A stretch of DNA of 64,000 bases from Oscillospiraceae bacterium (GCA_020025655.1 JAHHRR010000001.1:4951-68950); one strand, 5' to 3'. Shown: positions 26,893 to 36,866, counted from the first letter of the stretch. Numbers and translations: made by a program. Notes: generated by a model from the sequence alone, not told the origin.

Positions 26893-28977
26893 GTGTTTGA
26901 AAAAAGAAAAAAAGGCAGCGCGCATATAAAAAAGGATGATAAGATAAGTCAGCCCCCTGATGCAGATTTCATCGGGGATGATGGAATAGAGCCGGAAAAT
27001 GGTGAAGAATACTTCCCTGAACAGGACTATATCTATGATGATGTAAATAATCAGGAATACTATTACCCTGAGGATTCCGGATATGAAGCCGGATATGAGC
27101 AGGAGGAATATGCTGATGATGAGGCATATTATCCGCCTGAGGAAGATATACCGGAGTCAGAGCCGGTAAAGAAGTCTTCAAAAAAATCAAAGAAAGAAAA
27201 AACTCCGAAAGCTCCCAAAGAAAAGAGCGGGAAGAAAGAAGCAAAAGAAAAGAAAGAAAAATCCGGTGGTAAGGCAGCAAAGGAAAACAAAGCCAAGCCT
27301 GAAAAGACTAAAGCCGGAAAGCCTGAAAAGACTAAAGCCGGAAAGCCTGAAAAGCAAAGTGGAAAGAACCGGAAAAACAAAAAACAGCTTCCGGGTGAAG
27401 AAGACTATATAGCTGATGAACAGCCGAAGAAAAAAGGCAAACATAAAAAGCTGAAAATCATTTTAATATGTATTCTTGCTGTATTGCTGCTTGCTTTTGC
27501 CGGAATAACCTACTGGGCTTATACGATTACACATAATGAGGTCAATCTGCCAAAGGTTTATGTAGACGGTGTGTTTGTAGGCGGAATGAGCAGAGAACAG
27601 GCCACAGAAGCACTTGATAAGGTTGAGTGGGACAAAAAGGCGGCACAGCCGTTCACAGTTAAGCTTCCGGCTGATGTAAGTATTGAGCTTGACCGATGCA
27701 AGGCCGGTGCTATGTTTACAAAGGAAGCTGCGGTGGATGCAGCGTACAGCTACGGCCACTCAAATAATATATATGATAACCTGTATAAATATATTATGAA
27801 TATATTTAAGCCGGTTGATATGAACGACGGATATCTGAAGCTTGATCCTGAGTATATAAATGCTAAAGCCGGTGAGGTTATAGCCCAGTTTAATGAGGCA
27901 ACCGCAGATGCAAGTCAGGTAGTTGATGAGGAAACAGATGTTCTGCGGTTTCGCAAGGGTGCAGGCGAAATGAAAATCAGTAAGGAAAAACTTGCTGAGA
28001 AAATGTCAAATGCCCTGAAGGATAACAGCGAGCTTCTGGTTTATGACACTATTGAAAGTGAGCTTGTAAGCCCTGATTTTGATGCAATATTTCAGGAGCT
28101 TAATGCAGAGCCCAAGGATGCCAAATTTGTAGGTGACAATTTTGAGGTAGAGGATGAAGTGGTCGGCTGCACATTTGACGTACAGGAGGCAAAGGACATC
28201 TGGAACAACGCAAAGCCTGCCGATGTAATAGAAATTCCGCTTCAAATAGACCGTCCTGAGATTACAGGCGACTATCTCAGAAGCCTGCTTTACAGAGATG
28301 TTCTGGGAAGCCAGATAACCTATTTCAAAAACAGCTCCGATAACCGTAAAAACAATATCCGCCTTGCTGCAGAAAAGATAAACGGCGTAATAGTAATGCC
28401 CGGACAGGTGTTCTCCTATAACGAAACTGTTGGTGAGCGTACAAAAGAAGCCGGTTATGCAGAGGCGAGTGCTTACGATAACGGAGAAATTGTTCAGGAG
28501 GTAGGCGGCGGTATCTGTCAGGTGTCGTCTACACTTTATTGTGCGGCAATGTTTGCTCAGCTTGATACGGTGGAGCGTACAAACCATTACTTTAAGGTCA
28601 GCTATCTTGACTGGGGTATGGATGCCACAGTAAGCTGGGGTACACTGGACTATAAGTTCAGAAACAGCAGGGAATACCCTGTGAAGATTCAGGTCTATTT
28701 CAACGACGAGGAAGAAAGCCTTCAGGTTGATATCCTCGGCACAGATGTGGACGGAAGCTATGTTAAATTCGACCGCTCCAGACTGCTGGTGTTCGATGAT
28801 GTTTATCCCGATGTGGTAATTGGATATACAGTTATAGGATACCGCAATGTGTATGATGCAGAAGGCAACTTCCTGCGTAAGGTTGAAGAACCTATCGGTA
28901 TTTACTATCTCCATAAGGATGAGATAAAGTATCCGGAGAATGCAGGAGTTGAAGGTGAAATCACACCTCCGGCATAA
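26893..28977 (+). CDS. VanW family protein with a long Lys/Glu-rich disordered N-terminus and one TM helix
   Basis: The VanW motif GGGICQVSSTLYCAAMFAQL is present, and the TM helix is LKIILICILAVLLLAFAGITYWAY. The start is ambiguous: GTG at 26893 (GAGGA 8 nt upstream) or the track TTG at 26878, which overlaps the hemW stop. Confidence 0.8.
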   Translation: MFEKRKKGSAHIKKDDKISQPPDADFIGDDGIEPENGEEYFPEQDYIYDDVNNQEYYYPEDSGYEAGYEQEEYADDEAYYPPEEDIPESEPVKKSSKKSKKEKTPKAPKEKSGKKEAKEKKEKSGGKAAKENKAKPEKTKAGKPEKTKAGKPEKQSGKNRKNKKQLPGEEDYIADEQPKKKGKHKKLKIILICILAVLLLAFAGITYWAYTITHNEVNLPKVYVDGVFVGGMSREQATEALDKVEWDKKAAQPFTVKLPADVSIELDRCKAGAMFTKEAAVDAAYSYGHSNNIYDNLYKYIMNIFKPVDMNDGYLKLDPEYINAKAGEVIAQFNEATADASQVVDEETDVLRFRKGAGEMKISKEKLAEKMSNALKDNSELLVYDTIESELVSPDFDAIFQELNAEPKDAKFVGDNFEVEDEVVGCTFDVQEAKDIWNNAKPADVIEIPLQIDRPEITGDYLRSLLYRDVLGSQITYFKNSSDNRKNNIRLAAEKINGVIVMPGQVFSYNETVGERTKEAGYAEASAYDNGEIVQEVGGGICQVSSTLYCAAMFAQLDTVERTNHYFKVSYLDWGMDATVSWGTLDYKFRNSREYPVKIQVYFNDEEESLQVDILGTDVDGSYVKFDRSRLLVFDDVYPDVVIGYTVIGYRNVYDAEGNFLRKVEEPIGIYYLHKDEIKYPENAGVEGEITPPA
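27298..27354 (+). repeat. Perfect 24-nt tandem repeat (about 2.4 copies) encoding PEKTKAGK
   Basis: CCTGAAAAGACTAAAGCCGGAAAG occurs at 27298-27321 and 27322-27345, followed by a partial copy CCTGAAAAG. Confidence 0.9.
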
Positions 28978-29043
28978 GCGGTAATTCATAATAAGTAAGT
29001 AATATCAAATGTTTTTAACAGATTAGATTTTAGGAGAAAGAAT

Positions 29044-30993
29044 ATGGAGAACAAGGAAAAGTTTTATATCACAACGCCTATCTATTACCCCTCAGACAAG
29101 CTGCATATAGGCCACGCATACTGCACAGTAGCCACTGATGCTATTGCCAGATACAAGAGAATGTGCGGCTATGATGTCATGTTCCTTACCGGAACTGATG
29201 AGCACGGTCAGAAAATTGAAGAGAAAGCCAAGGAAGCCGGAGTAACTCCCAAAGAGTTTGTTGACAGAATTGTTACCGGTGAAAAGGGCGTTCTTGATCT
29301 GTGGAAGCTTATGAACATCTCAAACGACCGCTTCATACGCACAACTGACGAGTATCATGTAGAAGCTGTTCAGAAGATATTCAGAAAGATGTATGAAAAG
29401 GGCGACATATACAAGGGCGCATATAAAGGCAAATACTGCACTCCCTGCGAAAGCTTCTGGACTGAAAGCCAGCTTGTTGACGGCAAGTGCCCCGACTGCG
29501 GACGTCCTGTTCACGATGCAGAGGAGGAGGCATACTTCTTCCGCCTCTCCAAGTATGCAAAGCCTGTTCAGGAGCTTCTGGAGAGCGGAGATTTCCTCCA
29601 GCCTGCTTCCCGTGTCAACGAAATGATAAACAACTTCATTAAGCCCGGCCTTGAGGATCTGTGCGTTTCCCGTACAAGCTTCAAATGGGGTATTCCTGTT
29701 GACTTCGATCCGGGACACGTTGTATATGTCTGGGTTGACGCTCTGTTTAACTACTGCACCGCTCTGGGCTTCTTGAACGATGAGCACAACGACTTTGAAA
29801 AGTACTGGCCTGCTGATGTTCACATAGTAGGTAAGGAAATTGTTCGTTTCCACTCAATTATCTGGCCCGCAATGCTTATGAGCATGGAGCTTCCTCTGCC
29901 CAAGAAGGTTTACGGACATGGATGGCTGGTAATTGACGGCGGTAAAATGTCCAAATCCAGAGGAAATGTTGTTGATCCTTATGTACTGGCTGAGAAATTC
30001 GGTGTAGATGCACTGCGTTTCTTCCTGCTTCGTACCTTCCCCTTCGGCTCTGACGGAAACTTCTCCAATGAGCTGCTTATCAATACCATTAACAAGGATC
30101 TTGCCAACGATCTCGGCAACCTTGTTTCCCGCACAACTGCAATGGTAGAAAAGTATTTCGGCGGTACACTGATTGACGAGCGTCAGGCAGATGAGCTTGA
30201 TAATGAGCTGATAGACTTCATTAAGAACACTAAGGCCCGCTATGAAAAGCAGATGGATGAGTTCCAGCTTCACCTCGGCCTTGAGGAAGTGTTTAAGCTT
30301 ATCCAGCGTGCCAATAAGTACATTGACGAGACTGCTCCCTGGGTTCTTGCCAAGGATGAGGCCAACAAGCCCAGACTTGCTGCCGTTATGTACAACCTTC
30401 TTGAGGCTCTTCGTGCAGCACTTACAATGCTCACTCCCTTTATCCCCGAAAGCTGCGAAAAGGCATTTGAGCAGATCGGTGCAGATGCTTCCTGCAGAAC
30501 ATGGGATAAGGCTGGTGAATACGGCGTTCTGCCCGCACAGGTCAGCGTACACAAGGGCGAGACTCTGTTCCCCAGAGTTGATATGGATAAGACCCTTAAA
30601 GAGCTTGAGGAGCTGGAGCACCTGAATAAGGCACCTCAGTCCAAGCCCGTTCTTCCTGATGTAAGCATTGACGACTTTGCAAAGTGCGATATGCGTGTGT
30701 GCAAGGTTTTAAGCTGCGAAGCTGTTAAGAAGTCAGAGAAGCTTCTGAAGTTCCAGCTGGATGACGGCAGCGGCACTCCCAGACAGATTCTCTCCGGCAT
30801 CCGCAAGTTCTATGAGCCTGAGCAGCTTGTGGGCAAGACTGTTGTTGCTATTCTGAACCTGCCCCCCAGAAAGATGATGGGCCAGATGTCCAACGGTATG
30901 CTTCTTTCAGCTGTTAAGGAAGTAGACGGCGAAGAAAAGCTCCAGCTTGTAATGCTTGATGACAGCGTTCCTGCCGGCGCACAGCTCTGCTGA
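29044..30993 (+). CDS. metG: Methionine--tRNA ligase with a C-terminal EMAP/tRNA-binding domain
   Basis: 649 aa. It has the HIGH-type motif (KLHIGHAY), KMSKS, a Cys-cluster knuckle (CTPCESFW...CPDCG), and a C-terminal OB-fold (DMRVCKVLSCEAVKKSEKLLKFQLD). Confidence 0.97.
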   Translation: MENKEKFYITTPIYYPSDKLHIGHAYCTVATDAIARYKRMCGYDVMFLTGTDEHGQKIEEKAKEAGVTPKEFVDRIVTGEKGVLDLWKLMNISNDRFIRTTDEYHVEAVQKIFRKMYEKGDIYKGAYKGKYCTPCESFWTESQLVDGKCPDCGRPVHDAEEEAYFFRLSKYAKPVQELLESGDFLQPASRVNEMINNFIKPGLEDLCVSRTSFKWGIPVDFDPGHVVYVWVDALFNYCTALGFLNDEHNDFEKYWPADVHIVGKEIVRFHSIIWPAMLMSMELPLPKKVYGHGWLVIDGGKMSKSRGNVVDPYVLAEKFGVDALRFFLLRTFPFGSDGNFSNELLINTINKDLANDLGNLVSRTTAMVEKYFGGTLIDERQADELDNELIDFIKNTKARYEKQMDEFQLHLGLEEVFKLIQRANKYIDETAPWVLAKDEANKPRLAAVMYNLLEALRAALTMLTPFIPESCEKAFEQIGADASCRTWDKAGEYGVLPAQVSVHKGETLFPRVDMDKTLKELEELEHLNKAPQSKPVLPDVSIDDFAKCDMRVCKVLSCEAVKKSEKLLKFQLDDGSGTPRQILSGIRKFYEPEQLVGKTVVAILNLPPRKMMGQMSNGMLLSAVKEVDGEEKLQLVMLDDSVPAGAQLC

Positions 30994-31012
30994 TAATTTA
31001 AATTTAAAACAG

Positions 31013-31052
31013 AACAGGCGGTACTGAGATTACTCAGTACCGCCTGTTTTTT
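31013..31052. terminator. Terminator shared by metG and the convergent membrane protein gene
   Basis: ACAGGCGGTACTGAG-ATTA-CTCAGTACCGCCTGT hairpin followed by TTTTTT. Confidence 0.88.
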
Positions 31053-31067
31053 ATCTGAATATTTAAT

Positions 31068-32084
31068 TTATTCTACAAATCCGTCCTGCTTACCCTCAAC
31101 GTCAGCTTTTGTAAGGGCATCTGAAATGAATGACATGGTTCGGGAAAGGCTTCCGTCCTCAAAGCAGTCGAAGCTGTCAATAAAAACGCTGTCATAGTCA
31201 TCGCTCCATGAAACGATGTTAAGTGTCGAAGAATCAGCAGCATACTTGAGGATGTAGTAGTATTTACTATCTCCGAAGTTTCCTTTAAGGCCGAGAATAG
31301 CTTCTCCGACATTCTCATATTCATCCTGCAGGAAAAAGCCCTCAGGGCCAAGCTGGTTCAGCTTATCCAGAGCATCGTTCACTTCTGTATTGAGCTGCTC
31401 GGTGTCTACAATGGGCTTATACTGGTCGCCTGCCATAAAGTAGGAGACAACAGCTATTACGGCCAGAACCACAATGGCAATAATTATGCTTCTCACAACG
31501 ATGCGGATGCCTCTTTTTCCGCATTCTTTGGGAGTCAGGCTGCTGCCTTCGTCTATGTCGCAGCAGATGACATCGTAATATGTCCAGAAGGCAGAGCATA
31601 CATCCAGAAGCACCCATAGAGCAATGAGCGCTATATTTGTAGCGGGGGAATATCCGTTAATACCGGCAAGCATAACGCCTGCGCTGTTGAAGATAATCAT
31701 AAATATGCTGAGTATCATCATGCCCGGAAAGCTCCAGGAGCGATACAGAGGATTTCTTTCCATAACGGAAGGGGAGGTGACTCTGTCGTTCAGAACGTAG
31801 TTCAGCGCAGCAATAGTTTCTTTTGTGCCGTCAGACAGATATACAGCCTTTTCCTTTGATGGCAGAAGTACGCCTAAGATGAGTGTCATCAGGCCGAAAA
31901 CGCAGCTTATGGCACCGAATATAACATCGACTAGGTTATTCTCAAACTGGGAGACAATATAAATATTAAGCCCCGAAACGGCCATAATTGCTATAACGAT
32001 TATTGTGTTCAGGACGAAAAAGACCTGTCTCTTTTTCCGGTATTTTTCTAATTCAATTTCTAATTGCATCATAAGATTCACCAA
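31068..32084 (-). CDS. Hypothetical membrane protein (about 5 TM helices) with a C-terminal soluble domain
   Basis: A 338-aa ORF with clear hydrophobic helices. I do not recognise a family. Confidence 0.55.
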   Translation of the reverse strand: MVNLMMQLEIELEKYRKKRQVFFVLNTIIVIAIMAVSGLNIYIVSQFENNLVDVIFGAISCVFGLMTLILGVLLPSKEKAVYLSDGTKETIAALNYVLNDRVTSPSVMERNPLYRSWSFPGMMILSIFMIIFNSAGVMLAGINGYSPATNIALIALWVLLDVCSAFWTYYDVICCDIDEGSSLTPKECGKRGIRIVVRSIIIAIVVLAVIAVVSYFMAGDQYKPIVDTEQLNTEVNDALDKLNQLGPEGFFLQDEYENVGEAILGLKGNFGDSKYYYILKYAADSSTLNIVSWSDDYDSVFIDSFDCFEDGSLSRTMSFISDALTKADVEGKQDGFVE

Positions 32085-32203
32085 CCTTTAAGCATATTTT
32101 ATCACGCTAAAACAGACATAGTCAATTTAAACAGATCAGTCTGAATACTTTTTATTCTGACAAATATACTGATTCCACATATGATAATAATGAGTAAAAC
32201 TAT

Positions 32204-32231
32204 AAAAAATCCCTCCCCATTTGGGGAGGGA
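32204..32231 (-). terminator. Rho-independent terminator of the LysM surface protein gene
   Basis: On the minus strand: ATCCCTCCCC-AAATG-GGGGAGGGAT followed by TTTTTT. Confidence 0.85.
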
Positions 32232-32280
32232 TTGATTTAGTTTAAGTAAGAGCGATTATTTCACTCAGACACATACCCGA

Positions 32281-34377
32281 TTATTCAGCGGGAGCAGCAG
32301 GGACAGTTTCGAAGGAAACATAAACCTCTACATTCTCGGCGGGCATTACGAAGGTGTATTTGCTGTTTTCAGCCACAGTTGTGGTGGAGATGTAAGTAGT
32401 GCCATAGAAAACAGAAACATTTTTAACCTTCTCACTGGTGTCGGGATCAACGCTTATTGTTACAGTCTCGCCCATGGTGGCAGAGGACTTATCAACGCTG
32501 ACCTTGGAAGCAATGCTTGTATTGTTGATGTTGTAGCTGGAAGCCTTGAAAGTAGCGCTTACAGTTGCGTCACCGACAGGCATGGTGAAGGAGGTGCCGC
32601 TGATAGCATTTCCGTTTACGGTAATGCTTACAAGCTCGTAGCCCTTATTGGGGGTTGCGGTAACATTGACGGTGTCACCGGCGGAAGCCTTGGACTTATC
32701 AATGCTTAAGGTACCGTTTGAAGCCTGCTGAGTATTTACGGTGTAGACATTCTTGTCGAACTTAACATTGATAATAATATCTTCCTCGGGCATGATGAAC
32801 TTGCCGCCGTTTACCGGAATATCTCTGCCGCTTACAGTCTTAACAGTAGTACCTGCAAACTTGTAGCCGCTGTTCTTATCGGGAACAGCAACAACTCTGA
32901 CGGTTTCGCCGGAGTTAGCCTCGCTGACTACTCGACCGTTAATTCTGACTTCGTAGTAGCCGCCTTCAGCGGGAGCATTTGCAGTGATCTTATGAGCTGC
33001 AGCTCTCTTGAAGGATACTCTTACAGTTACATCTTCATCAGGCATAATGAAGCTGTTATCGTTGGGATTTACAGATACGCCGTGATTTGTGTCGATAATG
33101 ACAGAAACAGAGTCGAGCTCATAACCGTACTTGGGCTCAGCCTTGATGGTAACCTTCTGACCTGCAGCAGCCTTATCAATAGCAGTGCCGTTTACAAGGC
33201 AGCTGAACTGACCGTTGCTGGTAACGTCTCTGAGAACCTTGTATTCATCCTTTGAAACGAAGGTTACAGAAACTTTAACATTGCCGGTAGGCATAACGAA
33301 CTGACCGTTGCTGACAGGAATGTTCTTGCCGCCGCTGGTAACAGTTATGTAGCCAAGCTGATGATCCCATGCGGGAGTAGCTACAACAGAAACAGTAGTT
33401 CCGGATTTTGCTTCGTTAACTCTCTTGCCGCCGACCTGAACCTCGTAGGAGCCGTGGTTAGTGGTGAGAGCGCTGATCTTATAAGTCTTGCCGTCACTGG
33501 GGTTGGTGTTGCCGGCGTTGCCGCTGTTACCGCTGTTGCCGCCGGGCTGGCTGGGCTGAACGCTGCCGCCGGCATTGCCGCCGTTACCACCATTGCCGCT
33601 GTTACCGCTATTACCGCCGCCGGGAGTGATAACAGTGGGGACAGGCAGATAGATGATCTGACCGACCTTGATGTTTGCAAGGTTGTCGTTTCTGTTGTTA
33701 AGGCTCTGCATCATCTTCAGGTTGGAAGAATAGTCGATACCGTAGCTGTTGCAGATATTGTACATTGCGTCGCCGCTTACAACCTTGTGAGCTACAACTG
33801 CAATGCAGGAGCCGGAAGCAGGAGCAGAGACAGAGGGGAGCAGAATTGCTCTGCCGACGTATATCTTGTTGTAGTTCTGGATGTTATTGATTTTCTGAAT
33901 CGCAGCAGAGTTTGCAGTGAAGTTAATACCCAGACTGTTGCATACACCGCTGACGGTTTCGCCACGCTGCATGATGTGAGTAATAAGATAGCTGCTTACA
34001 AAGTCCTGACCCAGAAGCTTAAGGCCGGTGGAGTTGCCGGGGGTAACATTACCGCCGGGATTAGGTGCGGGGGTGCTGGGCTTCTCACTGGGTTTTGCAG
34101 CGGGATTCAGTGAAGGTCTGGTGCCGGGTTTGGGCAGGGTAAGAACCATGCCGGGTTTAAGATTGCCGTAGTTGGTAATCTTGTTGGTTTCGGTGATCCA
34201 CTTATAGTTGGCGTAGAAGTCTACACCAAGAGTTTTGCAGACACCAATAACAGTTTCGCCTCTTTGAAGTGTGTGCTGTATCGTTTCGTTGTCAGCAGAA
34301 GCTGTTACGGAAAAACCAGAAAACAGAGCTGTGACAAGGCAAAGGATAAGCAGCGTACTTAAAAGCCGTTTTTTCAT
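32281..34377 (-). CDS. Secreted cell-wall-binding protein: signal peptide, 3 LysM domains, a Gly/Asn/Ser linker, and five ~80-aa Ig-like (InlB B-repeat-like) repeats
   Basis: 698 aa. The three LysM units are HTLQRGETVIGVCKTLGV..., HIMQRGETVSGVCNSLGI..., and HKVVSGDAMYNICNSYGI.... The C-terminal repeats follow the pattern G-x-V-x-V-x-A-x-P-x-x-GY...F-x-MP-x-x-[DN]V-x-V-x-x-F. Confidence 0.85.
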   Translation of the reverse strand: MKKRLLSTLLILCLVTALFSGFSVTASADNETIQHTLQRGETVIGVCKTLGVDFYANYKWITETNKITNYGNLKPGMVLTLPKPGTRPSLNPAAKPSEKPSTPAPNPGGNVTPGNSTGLKLLGQDFVSSYLITHIMQRGETVSGVCNSLGINFTANSAAIQKINNIQNYNKIYVGRAILLPSVSAPASGSCIAVVAHKVVSGDAMYNICNSYGIDYSSNLKMMQSLNNRNDNLANIKVGQIIYLPVPTVITPGGGNSGNSGNGGNGGNAGGSVQPSQPGGNSGNSGNAGNTNPSDGKTYKISALTTNHGSYEVQVGGKRVNEAKSGTTVSVVATPAWDHQLGYITVTSGGKNIPVSNGQFVMPTGNVKVSVTFVSKDEYKVLRDVTSNGQFSCLVNGTAIDKAAAGQKVTIKAEPKYGYELDSVSVIIDTNHGVSVNPNDNSFIMPDEDVTVRVSFKRAAAHKITANAPAEGGYYEVRINGRVVSEANSGETVRVVAVPDKNSGYKFAGTTVKTVSGRDIPVNGGKFIMPEEDIIINVKFDKNVYTVNTQQASNGTLSIDKSKASAGDTVNVTATPNKGYELVSITVNGNAISGTSFTMPVGDATVSATFKASSYNINNTSIASKVSVDKSSATMGETVTISVDPDTSEKVKNVSVFYGTTYISTTTVAENSKYTFVMPAENVEVYVSFETVPAAPAE

Positions 34378-34703
34378 TTTGTTATCCTCCTAACCGACTC
34401 TTTCTATGCTGTAATAATTGCTGAGAACTGCTTTTATAGATACCATTATAGCTTAAGGCGATATATATTGTCCATACGACAATGGTAAACTTAAGAAAAC
34501 TTAAGTATTACTTAAAATGTCAATTTAAGTATCCGTTTTTAATGTATCCGGATAGAGAAGACAAAGCTATATACAGCCTTATGCCTGGTTACAATATTAC
34601 GACAAATGAAAACAAATTGCAAGCCCTAAGATGAAGTTTTTGCAAATTTATTTCAAATAGTGACAACGCACAAAAAACCATGGTGATTTCAGGTAAAACT
34701 GAG

Positions 34704-34738
34704 CAAAAAAACTGACGTCGGAGGCGGTCCGACGTCAG
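34704..34738 (-). terminator. Rho-independent terminator of the rfbAB operon
   Basis: On the minus strand: CTGACGTCGGA-CCGCC-TCCGACGTCAG followed by TTTTTTT. Confidence 0.88.
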
Positions 34739-34769
34739 CAATTTGTTACTATTTTGAAACTTTTACGAT

Positions 34770-35828
34770 TCAGGCTTTTGAGTACATTTTGGAATAATAA
34801 TCGAGGTAGTCACCACTGACTACTCTTTCTACCCAGCCGGGGTTGTTAAGATACCATTCCAGAGTTTCGTGCATACCTCTCTGGAAGGTATAGGCAGGTG
34901 ACCAGCCAAGCTCGGTTGTTATCTTTGCGTTATCAATTGCGTAGCGGCGGTCATGACCGGGGCGGTCTTTTACATAGCTTATAAGGCTCTCGTCCTTGCC
35001 GAGCTCATTTAAGATAAGTCTTACTATCTCAATATTTGCTCTCTCGTTGTTGCCGCCTATATTGTATACCTCACCGTTTCTGCCCTTTTTAAGGACTGTA
35101 AGTATAGCGGAGCAGTGGTCCGATACGTGAAGCCAGTCACGAATCTGCATACCGTCGCCATAGATAGGCAGAGGCTTATTGTGCTGTGCGTTATTGAGCA
35201 TAAGAGGAATAAGCTTTTCAGGGAACTGGTAGGGACCGTAGTTGTTGGAGCAGCGGGTAATGTTTACGGGCATACCGTAAGTCTGATAGTAAGCTCTTAC
35301 AACAAGGTCGGCACTGGCCTTGGATGCGGAATAAGGGCTGTTGGGAGAAATTGGGGTGGACTCGGTGAACATTCCGGTTTTACCCAGTGCGCCGTAAACC
35401 TCATCGGTGGATACCTGAAGGTATTTGACACCGGGAAGGTATTCTCTTGAGTATTTGTTGTCGGGGTCTACATTCCAGTGACGCTTTGCGGCATCGAGAA
35501 GGGTCTGGGAACCCACAATGTTGGTTGTGAGGAAGATTTCCGGCTCAACAATGGAACGGTCAACATGGCTTTCAGCAGCGAAATGCACAACGGTATCGAA
35601 TTTGTATTTATCGAAAATCTCGTTTACAAGCTTGCTGTCGCGAATATCACCGTGAACAAACACATAGCGTTTGTCATCCTGAACAGAAAGCAGATTTTCA
35701 AGGTTGCCTGCGTAGGTGAGAAGGTCGAGGTTAACTAACAGCTCCACATCCTCACAGTTATTTAAAACGTAATGAATAAAGTTTGAACCTATGAATCCGG
35801 CACCGCCGGTCACAAGAATTCTTTTCAT
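34770..35828 (-). CDS. rfbB: dTDP-glucose 4,6-dehydratase
   Basis: 352 aa. It has [14 protein letters not shown] (Rossmann motif) and YSASKASAD (catalytic YxxxK), with typical RfbB length and end. Confidence 0.95.
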   Translation of the reverse strand: MKRILVTGGAGFIGSNFIHYVLNNCEDVELLVNLDLLTYAGNLENLLSVQDDKRYVFVHGDIRDSKLVNEIFDKYKFDTVVHFAAESHVDRSIVEPEIFLTTNIVGSQTLLDAAKRHWNVDPDNKYSREYLPGVKYLQVSTDEVYGALGKTGMFTESTPISPNSPYSASKASADLVVRAYYQTYGMPVNITRCSNNYGPYQFPEKLIPLMLNNAQHNKPLPIYGDGMQIRDWLHVSDHCSAILTVLKKGRNGEVYNIGGNNERANIEIVRLILNELGKDESLISYVKDRPGHDRRYAIDNAKITTELGWSPAYTFQRGMHETLEWYLNNPGWVERVVSGDYLDYYSKMYSKA

Positions 35829-36697
35829 ATTTTTTCCTCCGAAACTCTAAGCAGATACTGACCGTACTCAGTCTTTAAAAGAGGCTGTGCAAGGGAAATA
35901 AGCTGCTGCTTTGTAATGTATCCCATACGGAATGCGATCTCCTCAATGCAGGCGACATACATTCCCTGACGTTTCTGAATAATGGATACAAAGTTTGCAG
36001 CCTCCAGAAGGCTTTCGTGCGTACCGGTATCCAGCCATGCATGGCCACGGCCGAAGAGGTTTACTTTAAGATCACCACGGTTAAGATATACATTGTTAAC
36101 TGCGGTTATTTCCAACTCTCCTCTTTCGGAGGGAGTAATGCTCTTGGCTATTTCAACCACATCATTATCATAGAAGTAAAGGCCGGGAACAGCATAGTTG
36201 GATTTAGGCTCTTTAGGCTTTTCTTCTATTGAAAGTACATTATTATTTTCATCAAACTCAACTACACCGAAAGCCTGCGGATTGGGAACGGCGTATCCGA
36301 AAATAACAGCACCTTTTTCAAGCGCGGCGGCCTGACGTACAGCGGGGGTGATACCGCCACCGTAGAAGATGTTGTCACCGAGAATCAGACATACGGTGTC
36401 ATTGCCGATGAACTCTTCTCCTATTATAAATGCCTCAGCCAGGCCTCTGGGCTCGGGCTGAACTGCATACTCGATTCTCAGTCCCAATGAACTGCCGTCA
36501 CCGAAAAGCTCTTTAAAGGCACCTATATCTCTGGGAGTAGAAATAATGAGAACTTCACGGATACCTGCCAGCATAAGAACGGACAGGGGATAATATATCA
36601 TGGGCTTATCATATACGGGCAGAATCTGCTTGGAAATAGGACGGGTAATCGGATAAAGGCGAGTGCCTGCACCGCCGGCCAAAATAATGCCTTTCAT
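35825..36697 (-). CDS. rfbA: Glucose-1-phosphate thymidylyltransferase
   Basis: 290 aa. [18 protein letters not shown] and the [11 protein letters not shown] motif are present. There is a 4-nt overlap with rfbB. Confidence 0.95.
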   Translation of the reverse strand: MKGIILAGGAGTRLYPITRPISKQILPVYDKPMIYYPLSVLMLAGIREVLIISTPRDIGAFKELFGDGSSLGLRIEYAVQPEPRGLAEAFIIGEEFIGNDTVCLILGDNIFYGGGITPAVRQAAALEKGAVIFGYAVPNPQAFGVVEFDENNNVLSIEEKPKEPKSNYAVPGLYFYDNDVVEIAKSITPSERGELEITAVNNVYLNRGDLKVNLFGRGHAWLDTGTHESLLEAANFVSIIQKRQGMYVACIEEIAFRMGYITKQQLISLAQPLLKTEYGQYLLRVSEEKI

Positions 36698-36798
36698 ATC
36701 TCTTCCTCAGCTTTCATTATATATTTGACATACTGCTGATAAAACAGTATAAACCAATAGCGGATTTTTTGCAAGAAAGTTAAACTTTTTGTGACCTC

Positions 36799-36827
36799 TT
36801 GTAAGAAAAGAAAAATAATGATATAAT
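36799..36827 (+). promoter_or_regulatory. Sigma-A-type promoter of the GTPase operon
   Basis: TTGTAA (36799-36804), a 17-nt spacer, then TATAAT (36822-36827). Confidence 0.6.
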
Positions 36828-36866
36828 CCCTAGCTGTGAAAAAATAATATACGGAGGTTAGTATTC

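Noticed and set aside
27129-27444. Phe/Leu/Ser-rich antisense ORFs in the Lys-rich region of the VanW gene.
   Set aside because: They are the complement of AAG/GAA-rich coding sequence, so they are compositional artefacts.
28006-28989. A 327-aa ORF antisense to the VanW gene. Similar long antisense ORFs lie at 7017-7811 (pepF), 24664-25374 (htpG), 29320-30621 (metG), 38104-38790 (GTPase 2), 58207-58776 (ffh) and 61675-62349 (trmD).
   Set aside because: Each lies entirely within a gene whose product has strong family motifs on the opposite strand. Their translations are low-information (rich in Cys/Leu/Ile/Phe) and have no recognisable domains or ribosome-binding sites. These are typical shadow ORFs.
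28978-29043. A possible T-box leader upstream of metG.
   Set aside because: The intergenic region is only 66 nt, which is far too short for a T-box, and no specifier or T-box sequence is present.
33361-34113. A 250-aa plus-strand ORF and a 99-aa minus-strand ORF inside the LysM protein gene.
   Set aside because: They are generated by the low-complexity GNS/GNG linker and the biased composition, and they show no independent signals.
36698-36866. A Zur/Fur-type operator upstream of the COG0523 GTPase operon.
   Set aside because: I could not find an AT-rich 7-1-7 or 9-1-9 palindrome resembling known Zur boxes around the TTGTAA-17-TATAAT promoter. Metal regulation therefore remains unsupported by the sequence.
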